This document shows, piece by piece, positions 8,654-17,456 of a stretch of DNA of 32,000 nt (position 1 is its first letter; the number at the start of each line of letters is the position of its first letter). The stretch is from assembly GCA_964589775.1 (NCBI GenBank), contig CAZPUN010000020.1, positions 1 through 32,000 on the forward strand, read 5' to 3'. The notes under the pieces were generated by a model. It searched no databases and had not been told where the DNA came from. It saw only the letters and a program-made list of their open reading frames with translations. The position numbers were made by a program, and so were the translations under genes. The DNA comes from an uncultured archaeon. Lineage in GTDB: Archaea; Asgardarchaeota; Thorarchaeia; Thorarchaeales; CAZPUN01.

Positions 8654-9733
8654 TTACAAAATCGCAGTATCTTCAATTATGTTCCCCAATAATTCAAGAT
8701 GACGTAACAGCACACGTTCATTTCTTGATGAAGTACGATAATGTCGGGCTATAATTTGTAGAACATATTCCGGGAAAAATACTACGATCTCAGGCTGTGC
8801 AAGTAGTGCTGTATAAGTTATCTTATTAACTTCCAGATCAATGATCATATTTGCATTTCGTAAAGCACGTAGTGCAATATTAAACGTACTTTTATCCAAG
8901 CCTGACTCATCCAATAATTGTTTAATTGGCATAGGTCGCTTTTTTAAAGCCTCAAGTATAGGCCATATAGAAGGTCTAGATAATAAATTAATTAATTCAC
9001 GCTCATCATTATCATCTGGAGTGTACCACGAGAAGAATTTCTTTACAACTTTAAGATATTTTTTATATAATTGCTTATTTCCAGATTCTTTTGACCATAA
9101 TAGCGCTTCATATGGGGGAAGACGTATGAAAAACAAGTCACGAATTAAATATACATTTTCAGTTGGTGAATTTCCAAATCGTTCAACCTGAATTAGACCA
9201 CATTTAGCTAAAGGCGCAAGAACTTCATGAATATCAACAACAGAAGTTTGTGTGCTTTCCTGTATCCATAGTGAAATTTGCCCAGAGGTGGAATTTGCAT
9301 TATTTCGGAGATACTCTAAAATTAGCTTTGAATAAGTAGCACTCATAGCATCCGCAAGTTTTTGTGCTTTTGTAAGAGGAATATCTTTATGAAGTGTTTG
9401 AAGTAAATAAGATATATCAGGTAGTTTATTTTCAGTTTCAAGAGTGTCGAAAATTATTGATGCCACACCCATAAGTGAGTTTTTGTATGATTCATAATCT
9501 TCAGTAGAGTCTAAAACGACACATACGAGACGATCTTCATGCACTCCATCGAAACACGATAAAACAGGTCCTATTTTCGTATCTGTAATCCTTATTTCGC
9601 CCTCTTTGAAACTATGAGATGCATAGATTTTCACAAGATCTTCTGCACTTATCATTATATCGTTTGGATATTTAGCTTCAAGAATCGTACCCAGAGTGTC
9701 GTCCCATCTTAAAATAAAAATTGCGCGTGGCAA
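8654..9733 (-). CDS. Longin/uDENN-like N-terminal domain fused to winged-helix domains (NPRL2/3-like architecture)
   Basis: GGAGG RBS then TTG at 9733 giving MPRAIFILRWDDTLGTILEAKYP (resembles the uDENN/NPR2 'F-D-xxx-G-P-x5-P' start). Two wHTH-like segments (ILEYLR...LAPLAKCGLIQV; ILEALK...LRALRNANMI). Confidence 0.6.
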   Translation of the reverse strand: MPRAIFILRWDDTLGTILEAKYPNDIMISAEDLVKIYASHSFKEGEIRITDTKIGPVLSCFDGVHEDRLVCVVLDSTEDYESYKNSLMGVASIIFDTLETENKLPDISYLLQTLHKDIPLTKAQKLADAMSATYSKLILEYLRNNANSTSGQISLWIQESTQTSVVDIHEVLAPLAKCGLIQVERFGNSPTENVYLIRDLFFIRLPPYEALLWSKESGNKQLYKKYLKVVKKFFSWYTPDDNDERELINLLSRPSIWPILEALKKRPMPIKQLLDESGLDKSTFNIALRALRNANMIIDLEVNKITYTALLAQPEIVVFFPEYVLQIIARHYRTSSRNERVLLRHLELLGNIIEDTAIL

Positions 9734-9761
9734 GCTTAGGCCTCCCCTCAAATTTTGATTT

Positions 9762-11036
9762 TTAATTCTTTTTCTGTATATTTAAAGTTCGTGTCTCCGA
9801 AACTATTGAATCCGCAGGAATATCGTCTGTGACCACAATACCTGGTAGTATATCAACATTTTGTCCAATTCTAATAGCAGGATAAAATGCTACATTGATA
9901 CCTATGACTGAATTATCGCCGACCATAATGCCAACTTTTTCTAAAGGTATGACCATCTCTAAGTTATTAAACCTAAATGTTAGTTTTTCACCACGTGGAG
10001 ACCAATTCCAAGTTTGAGTGCCAGCTTCAAACCGCACATTTGCGCCGATTACACTATCACCAATATAGGAGAGTCTGCCTATCCACGTATCCTTAAATAT
10101 TACACTACCTTTAATCTCAACACCATATCCAATTTTTACATTTTCACATATGGAAGTATATCTTCGAATCAACGCATTGTTCCCAATGTATGAACCTTTT
10201 CCAATATAAGCAGGACCAATTATAGAAGCTCCGGGTCGTATAATTACATCATCAGATATTATCACAGAACCTTCAATGGTAGCACTTTCACTAATATTTG
10301 CATTCTCAGAAATCCAACTGCCTTTTTTCCGGAGATATTCTCTTAATACAAGGTCATTTGCCTTTAATATATCCCATGGCCATGTAAATTCTGCCCATGG
10401 CTTTTCCCATACTGACGCGTAAAGTTCATAATTATCCTCAATCATTTTATTAAATGCTTTGTCTACGAACTTGGTTAGTGACAAATATCGTAAAAATATT
10501 GAATTTAGATAAAATACACCTGCAAGAGCGTAATTACTGGAAATACCATCACTTGGTTTTTCAATTACTTCTTCAATCTTAGCCTTCGTACCAATTTTCG
10601 CAATACCATAATCTTGAGGACGATCAACTAATGTAACAAGCATAGTGGAAGCGGCATTAAGCTTTTTATGTGTTTGAATGACTCTAGAAATCATTTCTGA
10701 ACTAACGATTACATCACCAAATAAAAGAATAAACTCATCTTCGCCTTGTAATTCTTCTTGAGCAAGCAAAATAGCATCTGCTACACCTTTGGGCTCATTT
10801 TGAAATACATACCTAATACGTACATCAAAATCAGAGCCATAACCAAAATAATCAATAATTTTCTCGCGCTGATATCCAACTACGATTATAATATCTTTTA
10901 TTCCATTTTTCTTTAATCCTTCTATTGAGTATTCTAAAACAGGCTTGCCCATAATTTGTATCATAGATTTTGGGCGTGTTGCTGTAATAGGCATTAAACG
11001 TTCTCCGGGTCCAGCTGAAAGAATGAGCGCTTTCAA
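9762..11036 (-). CDS. Sugar-1-phosphate nucleotidyltransferase/acetyltransferase (archaeal GlmU-like)
   Basis: ALILSAGPGERLMPITATRPKSM, Q.EPKGVADA, GD, EKP and C-terminal hexapeptide left-handed beta-helix repeats. GGAGG then TTG at 11036. Confidence 0.88.
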   Translation of the reverse strand: MKALILSAGPGERLMPITATRPKSMIQIMGKPVLEYSIEGLKKNGIKDIIIVVGYQREKIIDYFGYGSDFDVRIRYVFQNEPKGVADAILLAQEELQGEDEFILLFGDVIVSSEMISRVIQTHKKLNAASTMLVTLVDRPQDYGIAKIGTKAKIEEVIEKPSDGISSNYALAGVFYLNSIFLRYLSLTKFVDKAFNKMIEDNYELYASVWEKPWAEFTWPWDILKANDLVLREYLRKKGSWISENANISESATIEGSVIISDDVIIRPGASIIGPAYIGKGSYIGNNALIRRYTSICENVKIGYGVEIKGSVIFKDTWIGRLSYIGDSVIGANVRFEAGTQTWNWSPRGEKLTFRFNNLEMVIPLEKVGIMVGDNSVIGINVAFYPAIRIGQNVDILPGIVVTDDIPADSIVSETRTLNIQKKN

Positions 11037-11102
11037 ATATTTGCCTCCAATCATTATTACAAATAAATTATTACATAAATTGTTTAAAAGTGTTAATGAA
11101 CT

Positions 11103-11807
11103 CTATCTAGTAGCCTTCGAGACAACCAGGCGATTCCAATCAAATTTTACCATTAATACAATAATCAACATTAATCCAATAAATGTCAATACTTCGATCT
11201 GATTTAGATTCTCATTTAAAATGTTTTCAACAAGTTCGATAGAATATTTTCCAGCAATTGCAAACGCTGTTGTAAGAACAATCTTTCCGAGCGTACAGGG
11301 AATTATGGACTTTTTCCAACTATAGTTTATCAATCCAAGTGGAACTAAAATTATATCATCAGGCAATGGCGTCGCAGCAAAGAAAAAGATAAGAAAATGA
11401 GTTAACATAGGTCTTTGTTCAACTAAATTACGATATGCATTTAATTTTTCACTATAATTTGTATCCATTAATTTTCCACCGCCACGCCCTATAATGTATG
11501 ATGAAAGTTCCCCAATACCTGAACCAATACCAGTGATTATGCCTAGTAATATTGGGTTGATGCTAGGTGAAGACCCTAGGAAGAAAATCACAGCCAAATA
11601 TGGAATTGGAACAAATAGAGTTGAATTCCCAAAAATAGACAATAAGAATGCGCCAGGATATCCGATTGCAAGCGATAGATCTTTGAAATAATAATATACA
11701 AGATCGATTGAGCCCATTAGTGGAGGGAAGATCATTAATGCAATAACGTATAGACTAATACTAATCATTACGATAATTAAAATATAATCACTTTTCTTAA
11801 ATTCCAT
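11103..11807 (-). CDS. DedA/VTT-domain membrane protein
   Basis: GSGIGELSSYIIGRGG and FFFAATPLPDDIILVPLGL...GK motifs; multiple TM helices. Confidence 0.85.
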   Translation of the reverse strand: MEFKKSDYILIIVMISISLYVIALMIFPPLMGSIDLVYYYFKDLSLAIGYPGAFLLSIFGNSTLFVPIPYLAVIFFLGSSPSINPILLGIITGIGSGIGELSSYIIGRGGGKLMDTNYSEKLNAYRNLVEQRPMLTHFLIFFFAATPLPDDIILVPLGLINYSWKKSIIPCTLGKIVLTTAFAIAGKYSIELVENILNENLNQIEVLTFIGLMLIIVLMVKFDWNRLVVSKATR

Positions 11808-11958
11808 TTTACATCCTCAGACATTCAAGTCAAGAAAATTCTTAAAAAATGTAACGTAGAAACAAAAAAAAGCATAAAACAAAACCTTTACATTAATATA
11901 AAAGAACACATGATATTGATTAATAAATTTAATTAAAATCAAATGCGGGGTTTAAAAA

Positions 11959-13224
11959 TTGCAAGTATCATTAAAATATGGCAAAAGCCATCTGGATTTT
12001 GAAGTCCCAGATAGAAATGTATTGGGATATGTAAATGCAAAACACGTTGAAGGCGCACCTGATGTTGATAAGGAAATCCGAAAAGCATTAGATAATCCAA
12101 TTGGAACTTCAACCTTACAAAATATGGCAAAAGAAGGCATGAAAGTCGCCATTGTTGTTGATGATAATACTCGTGGCACCCCCTCACCAGTAATGGTAAA
12201 TCCAATTTTAGAAATTTTGAATGATAAAGGAATAAAGGATGAAGATATTACAATAATTATTGGCCATGGAGATCATCGTAGAATAACCGATGATGAATTG
12301 GTATCATTATTGGGAAAAGAAATAATAGAACGCGTAAATATTGAGCCGCATAATTCAAAGGCAGACGATTTGGTTTATGTAGGTACTACGAAAACGTATA
12401 ATAATGATGTATATATCAATAGAACATTTGCAAATGCAAATCTCAAGATTTTAACCGGGGATGTAACTATTCATTATTATGCAGGATTTGGTGGTGGACG
12501 AAAGAGCATACTCCCAGCAGTTTCAGGAGCTGAAACGATCAATAAGAACCATGGAATGTGCATTCACCCCAAAGCAAAAACTATGAATTTAGAGGGAAAT
12601 CCAGTACACATTGATATGGTCGAGGCTGCAAGGCTTGCAGGCCCAGACTTTATAATAAATATTGTTCAAAATGATAAAAAAGAAATCGTGAAGGCTTACG
12701 CAGGAGATCTTGTAGACGCATGGATGGAAGGAGTTAAGCTTCTTTCCTCATTTACAAAAGTAAACGTTGACAGATATGCAGACATTGTTATTGTTAGTTC
12801 AGGAGGCTATCCAAAAGATATCAACTTATATCAGGCATATAAGGCTTTAGATAATGCGATGAACATAGTACGCCAAGATGGTGTTGTAATTTGGCTAGCT
12901 GAATGTAGTGATGGAATTGGACATGTTAAATTTGAAGAATGGATGAAAAAATATCAAACATTAGAAGAAATGGAAGAAAGCCTAAGCAAAAAGTTTGTGA
13001 TGGGCGGACATAAAGCTATGTATTTACTTCGTGCATTAAAGAAAGCCAATATAGTTCTCGTTAGTAATTTAAATCCGAAAGAAGTTAAAAATACATATAG
13101 ATTAGAGCCTGCAAAAACAGTAGAAGATGCTTTAGATTATGCATTTTCAAAAGTAGGAAATGATGCAAAGATTTGGATTATGCCAAAAGGCGGAATAGTT
13201 TGGCCAGAAGTTAAAAGAACATAG
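11959..13224 (+). CDS. larA: Nickel-pincer-dependent lactate racemase-family protein
   Basis: ALDNPIG, DDNTR, GDHR, HYYAGFGGGRKSILP, NH, GGYPKDINLYQAYK, AECSDGIG. TTG start. Substrate not determinable. Confidence 0.92.
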   Translation: MQVSLKYGKSHLDFEVPDRNVLGYVNAKHVEGAPDVDKEIRKALDNPIGTSTLQNMAKEGMKVAIVVDDNTRGTPSPVMVNPILEILNDKGIKDEDITIIIGHGDHRRITDDELVSLLGKEIIERVNIEPHNSKADDLVYVGTTKTYNNDVYINRTFANANLKILTGDVTIHYYAGFGGGRKSILPAVSGAETINKNHGMCIHPKAKTMNLEGNPVHIDMVEAARLAGPDFIINIVQNDKKEIVKAYAGDLVDAWMEGVKLLSSFTKVNVDRYADIVIVSSGGYPKDINLYQAYKALDNAMNIVRQDGVVIWLAECSDGIGHVKFEEWMKKYQTLEEMEESLSKKFVMGGHKAMYLLRALKKANIVLVSNLNPKEVKNTYRLEPAKTVEDALDYAFSKVGNDAKIWIMPKGGIVWPEVKRT

Positions 13225-13225
13225 A

Positions 13226-13495
13226 TCATTTCCTGCTCTTCTTTTTTCGTTTTGGAATAACTGGTTCCTCATCGGTTTCTTTAGATACGGTAATAATTAC
13301 TTCAACATGATTTCCAATGGTCCGCATTTCCCATTTCGCATTTAGATCTTGCTCTTCATTCAAAATTTCACGTATCATGGAGATCCATTCTTTTTTGACA
13401 TCATCTATTTGAACATATTGGAATTCCTTAGCTGGAATAGTAACATGTATAACCATTGAGTCTTTAGTCATTGTATAATAGTCAATCTTCCACAA
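13226..13495 (-). CDS. Small hypothetical protein with basic C-terminal tail
   Basis: Fills the gap between larA and the CARF gene. AGGTGA precedes TTG at 13495 (alternative ATG 13513). Ends PKRKKKSRK. Confidence 0.65.
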   Translation of the reverse strand: MWKIDYYTMTKDSMVIHVTIPAKEFQYVQIDDVKKEWISMIREILNEEQDLNAKWEMRTIGNHVEVIITVSKETDEEPVIPKRKKKSRK

Positions 13496-13599
13496 TTGTA
13501 TATCACCTGCCATGGGCAAATACAATAAAATAATAAAACGTAACTACTATATCATAATTTCGGCTAGGTTGTATAAAAGATATGAGGTTGTTAACAAAC

Positions 13600-14247
13600 A
13601 TGAAAAAGCAGATAATACAAATAGCAACATGTGCTGCAGATACTACACCAATTAGAGAAGCATCATATATATTAAAACCAACAAAAAATATTGTTTTTCT
13701 TGAATCCATATACAATTCAAAAAGAAAGATTATGCAAGCATCATTGGAATCAGAACTGGGAATACCAACTGAAATCGAAATTGTCGATACAACACCTCAA
13801 CACTCAATATATAGAAAAATGGCAAATGTAATTAAACAATATCAAAAGGATAATGAAATAGTCGTAAATGTAACTGGAGGAACAAAAGAAATAGCTATCC
13901 TTACATTATCCGCAGCATTTATCATGGGTGTAAGAAGCTTTTATTTGTCAGGTGGAAAAATATTCTGGATGCCTTTTTCAGCAATTGGATTGCAAGAAAT
14001 ACTCGGAGAAACAAGATTACAAATATTGCAAACCTTAAAGAAGCTTGGTGGCGTAGCAGACAGTCTGTCAGAAATTGCAATAAATACAGGCTTAAATAAA
14101 TCACTGATTACATATCATATCCAGGGCTCAAATACATCAAAAGGGCTTGTAGAATTAGGCTTAGTAAGAACAACCCAAAAAAAAGTTGGAGTTAAGATGA
14201 GAATTCATCTTACAGATCTTGGCGAAGCAATACTAGAACTTGTCTAG
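13600..14247 (+). CDS. CARF-domain + winged-HTH transcriptional regulator (Csa3/DUF6293-like)
   Basis: Rossmann-like N-half with CARF signature VNVTGGTK...AAF. C-terminal wHTH SLSEIAINTGLNKSLITYHI...LVELGLV...LTDLG. Confidence 0.8.
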   Translation: MKKQIIQIATCAADTTPIREASYILKPTKNIVFLESIYNSKRKIMQASLESELGIPTEIEIVDTTPQHSIYRKMANVIKQYQKDNEIVVNVTGGTKEIAILTLSAAFIMGVRSFYLSGGKIFWMPFSAIGLQEILGETRLQILQTLKKLGGVADSLSEIAINTGLNKSLITYHIQGSNTSKGLVELGLVRTTQKKVGVKMRIHLTDLGEAILELV

Positions 14248-14732
14248 GTGAAGTATACAGGTCCTTCATCGTGATGCTGTGCAGGCTTGGGCTCAGCACC
14301 GAGAGTTCCCAGAATTTCATTTAATATTTTGATAACTCTTGCAGATGCATGAGCAATTCGCCTTAATGAACTAAAGAAACTTTGATGTGTAAGACCATCA
14401 TCATATATTTTATCTAATATTACAAACATAGGTTTGTTGGGCGGAAAGACAATATCCACATCAAGCCCAAGAATATAATCTAGAGCAACATTTCTAAATC
14501 GGGCATATTTTTCAGGCGTTAGAATTCGTTGATGCTCTGGGGAGATATTGATTACATTTTCAATTTGTATAAAATCCTTTTCAACGGGTCGTGTAACTAC
14601 CATATGAAAGCGAGCATACTCGATACGATAAACAAATTCCATTCGCTTATCTTTTATAGCCTCACGATAAATTCCATCAGATTCACACCATGAACGAACA
14701 AGCTTCTTAAAGTTTGATTCCTCATAACTCAT
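14244..14732 (-). CDS. DUF2299/YbjN-like protein
   Basis: VRSWCESDG start, I.ISPEHQ..L, IYDDGLTHQSFFSSL, typical of archaeal DUF2299. 4-nt 3' overlap with the CARF gene. Confidence 0.7.
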   Translation of the reverse strand: MSYEESNFKKLVRSWCESDGIYREAIKDKRMEFVYRIEYARFHMVVTRPVEKDFIQIENVINISPEHQRILTPEKYARFRNVALDYILGLDVDIVFPPNKPMFVILDKIYDDGLTHQSFFSSLRRIAHASARVIKILNEILGTLGAEPKPAQHHDEGPVYFT

Positions 14733-14796
14733 TTAAATTCCCCAATCGAAATTATTCATTAGAAAAAGTAGAGAAATGTAATATTAAAACTTTGTT

Positions 14797-15363
14797 TTAT
14801 ATTAAATTATTAGCCCTTAGAATCTCAAGACCCATAATTTCGAACATCTTATTTACATTTTCTCCAGTTAATGCACTTGTCTCGATATATTGAATTTCGT
14901 GACCAGCAGCTTCACTAAGCTTCTTAGCGTAGGCTTCACCTTCTTCTTTAAGAACTATTGTGTCACGAAACGCAGGACGATTCAGAAATTGCTCACGAAG
15001 ATCAATCTTATTTCCAACTAACAGCATAGGAATATCTTTACTGGTATATGTCCAGACCTCATTTACCCAATTTGGCACTGCTTCAAAAGATGCACGTTCT
15101 ACAGTCGAAAAAACGACAAATGCTGCTTGCGCACCCTTGTAAAATGCAGGCCGTACTGCTTTAAAATGGCTTTGTCCAGCAAGGTCCCATATGCTAAAAG
15201 AAATTTCATGTCCCTCAATTTTCATCTTTTTTACAGAAAAATCAGCGCCTATTGTCATAGCGTAGGCTTTTTGAAACTTATCGCCCATAAAACGTCTTCT
15301 CAATGATGTTTTTCCAACGCTGCCTTCACCAGCAAGAATAACTTTGAATAATGTACGAACCAT
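14797..15363 (-). CDS. Rab-like small GTPase (Ras superfamily)
   Basis: G1 GEGSVGKTS, G2 TIGADF, G3 WDLAGQ, FYKGA, G4 NKID, G5 ETSA. AAGGTGG RBS favours ATG 15363 (track start 15384). No C-terminal Cys. Confidence 0.95.
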   Translation of the reverse strand: MVRTLFKVILAGEGSVGKTSLRRRFMGDKFQKAYAMTIGADFSVKKMKIEGHEISFSIWDLAGQSHFKAVRPAFYKGAQAAFVVFSTVERASFEAVPNWVNEVWTYTSKDIPMLLVGNKIDLREQFLNRPAFRDTIVLKEEGEAYAKKLSEAAGHEIQYIETSALTGENVNKMFEIMGLEILRANNLI

Positions 15364-15489
15364 TATTTCCACCTTATTGGGCATTAGATTTAATTTATAA
15401 TATAATTCATGTTTGAGCTATAATTTAAAGATATTGCATAATAGGGTGATATTAATATTAAACATACTATTTCAATTATATTAATAAAT

Positions 15490-15870
15490 TTATGCACTTT
15501 TCTCCTCATCACTCTTCTTAATGATATGTATATCTTCGGAACGAATTATTAATGGTTTCCCAAAAAGAATTGAACGCGAAATCTTAGCTCTTGCAGAATT
15601 AACTAAACGCCAAATACTCCCTCGTGAAATACCCATTACTAATCCAGCTTCATCCTGGGTCATTCCATTAAGATCTACTAAACGAATAGCTTCTAACTCA
15701 CCTAAAGTTAATATTTCAGTCCCGCGTTCTAATTGTTCTTTTGTGAGTTCGTATGAATGCACGGGTAAAAATGCATCGAATGGTGGCACATGCTCAATTA
15801 CCAAGGGCATCCTGGGGCGTCCGGGTCCACGCCCCTTCATTCCATGAAATCTACCTCTTCTTGGACACAT
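15490..15870 (-). CDS. DUF134 (UPF0251) predicted DNA-binding protein
   Basis: GRPR N-motif; ELEAIRLVDLNGMTQDEAGLVMGISRGSIWRLVNSARAKI (sigma4-like HTH). Start uncertain (15870 vs 15900). Confidence 0.9.
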   Translation of the reverse strand: MCPRRGRFHGMKGRGPGRPRMPLVIEHVPPFDAFLPVHSYELTKEQLERGTEILTLGELEAIRLVDLNGMTQDEAGLVMGISRGSIWRLVNSARAKISRSILFGKPLIIRSEDIHIIKKSDEEKSA

Positions 15871-15982
15871 TTTCAATCGATTCAATACAAATAAATTCAT
15901 TCAAAAAACTTTCGAGATTACCATTCTTGTGCCTAAGAATAAATTTAAATGCTCCTAAATTATTATTTATATGGATATAATA

Positions 15983-15998
15983 TTGTGCATAAACACAA
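15983..15998. promoter_or_regulatory. Palindromic operator candidate TTGTGCATAAACACAA downstream of TATA box (TTTATAT 15966-15972)
   Basis: TTGTG-N6-CACAA dyad; near-identical copy at 18520. Confidence 0.6.
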
Positions 15999-16014
15999 AA
16001 AGAGGCAATGAAAA

Positions 16015-16491
16015 ATGAGAATTGTAGTAACTACTGTCCCACCAGGTGGACTTGATGCAATGGTAGATCCAAGATTTGGCAGATGTGCAACATATACAAT
16101 TGTTGATGTAGATGGCACAAATATTACAAATGTAGAAGTGATCCAAAATACCGCAGCAGCAGCTGCTTCCGGAGCTGGAATTCAAGCAGCTCAGATTGTA
16201 GCATCAAAGGGAGCACAAGTAGTAATATCAGGAGCTTTCGGACCGAATGCAAGTATGGGATTGGGACAATTAGGAATAAAAATGGTAACAACTGCAGCAA
16301 ATATTACAGCACGAGAAGCTGTTGAAAAATATCTAAAAGGAGAATTATCAACTGCCGCTGCACAACCAACAGGAATGCCCGGATATGGTACCGGATATGG
16401 TACCGGATATGGCATGGGTCGCGGCATGGGCCGTGGAATGGGCAGAGGAATGGGACGTGGCGGCGGCCGTGGTCGTGGAATGGGCTGGTAA
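16015..16491 (+). CDS. NifB/NifX-family (Orange-protein-like) metal-cluster-binding protein with Gly/Arg/Met-rich tail
   Basis: VDPRFGRC, GAGIQAAQ, SGAFGPNA, AREAVEKY..GEL; tail GYGT/GRGM repeats. Confidence 0.9.
   Translation: MRIVVTTVPPGGLDAMVDPRFGRCATYTIVDVDGTNITNVEVIQNTAAAAASGAGIQAAQIVASKGAQVVISGAFGPNASMGLGQLGIKMVTTAANITAREAVEKYLKGELSTAAAQPTGMPGYGTGYGTGYGMGRGMGRGMGRGMGRGGGRGRGMGW
16381..16488 (+). repeat. In-frame 12-bp tandem repeats (GGATATGGTACC x2+, then synonymous GRGM codons x4)
   Basis: ggatatggtacc ggatatggtacc ggatatggcatg..., seen directly in the sequence. Confidence 0.8.
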
Positions 16492-16547
16492 TCATTCCTC
16501 TCCTTATTACTTATTATTTTTAAAAGTCATCAAAGGAGGTCAATAAG

Positions 16548-17456
16548 ACGCCTTCAGAGACTAAGATCATCGGGGTTAGTGGAGGAAAGGGTGGAACCGG
16601 AAAAACCACAGTATCCATAAATTTAGCTGCAGCTCTTGCAAAAAGAGGATACAAAGTTATGATTGTGGACACTGATGTCGATGCCCCTAATGTTTCAACC
16701 TTATTGAATACTGAAATTTTCAATAAAAAAGAAGTTACTGGATTTGTTCCTGAAGTAAATCTAAGTGAATGTATACAATGTGGAAAATGTGCAGAAGTTT
16801 GCCTGATGCATGCAGTAATTGCAGTTCCCGGAAGAAATCCAATATTTTTCCATGACTTATGTAATGGTTGTACTGCTTGTAAGATTATATGCCCAACCAA
16901 TGCTATTTACGATGGCAAAAAAGTTTATGGCTGGACATATGAATCAAAGTATGTTATAGAAGATAATAATAATACTATTGATATAGTAATAGGCGAACTT
17001 AAACCAAACGAACCAAGATCCACCACTGTGGTTCACGAAACAAAAAAGAGAGCAAAAGAACTAGCAGAGAAAAAACATTACGATTTTATTATTGTCGATG
17101 TTGCACCTGGAGCACATTGTAATGTAATGAGCGCTGTTATAGATGCAGATTTAGTCCTTGCAGTAACTGAAACAACACCATTTGGAAAACATGATCTTGA
17201 ATTAATTTTAGAAATATTTAAGGATCGAAACATAAGTGCAGGTATAGTAATTAATCGATACGGCTTAGTGGAAGGCGATGGGGGAATAGATGAATCTGCA
17301 AAGAAATATAATGTAGAAATAATGGCGAAAATACCGTTGGATAATCGTCTAATTAAAAGCTACGTAAATACAAAGCCTGTTGTAATATCAGACCCAGAAG
17401 CACCATCGGCTAAAGCACTAGAACAACTTACAAATCGTGTTTTGGAGGTATTGTAA
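16548..17456 (+). CDS. MinD-superfamily P-loop ATPase with inserted 2x[4Fe-4S] ferredoxin domain (COG1149-type), copy 1
   Basis: The track start 16659 omits the Walker A (SGGKGGTGKTT, ~16578-16610). The frame is open from TAA 16521 with no ATG/GTG/TTG before the P-loop. GGAGGT lies 7 nt before ACG 16548. DTDVDAPN, CIQCGKCAEVC, CNGCTACKIICP. Confidence 0.9.
   Translation, partial: TPSETKIIGVSGGKGGTGKTTVSINLAAALAKRGYKVMIVDTDVDAPNVSTLLNTEIFNKKEVTGFVPEVNLSECIQCGKCAEVCLMHAVIAVPGRNPIFFHDLCNGCTACKIICPTNAIYDGKKVYGWTYESKYVIEDNNNTIDIVIGELKPNEPRSTTVVHETKKRAKELAEKKHYDFIIVDVAPGAHCNVMSAVIDADLVLAVTETTPFGKHDLELILEIFKDRNISAGIVINRYGLVEGDGGIDESAKKYNVEIMAKIPLDNRLIKSYVNTKPVVISDPEAPSAKALEQLTNRVLEVL

Noticed and set aside
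13200-14800. CRISPR array or cas operon near the Csa3-like gene
   Set aside because: No regularly spaced 25-40-nt repeats or cas genes seen anywhere in the window.
16381-16488. Tandem repeat as a CRISPR or mobile-element signature
   Set aside because: In-frame 12-bp coding repeat without spacers.
16015-16491. Nitrogen fixation inferred from the NifB/NifX-family gene
   Set aside because: No nifHDK; this domain is common in non-diazotrophs in exactly this COG1149-linked context.
15521-16900. Short opposite-strand ORFs over DUF134, the NifX-like gene and the MinD ATPase (e.g. 15521-15847, 16191-16427, 16520-16900)
   Set aside because: Antisense to well-supported genes; their repeats simply mirror the GRGM tail.
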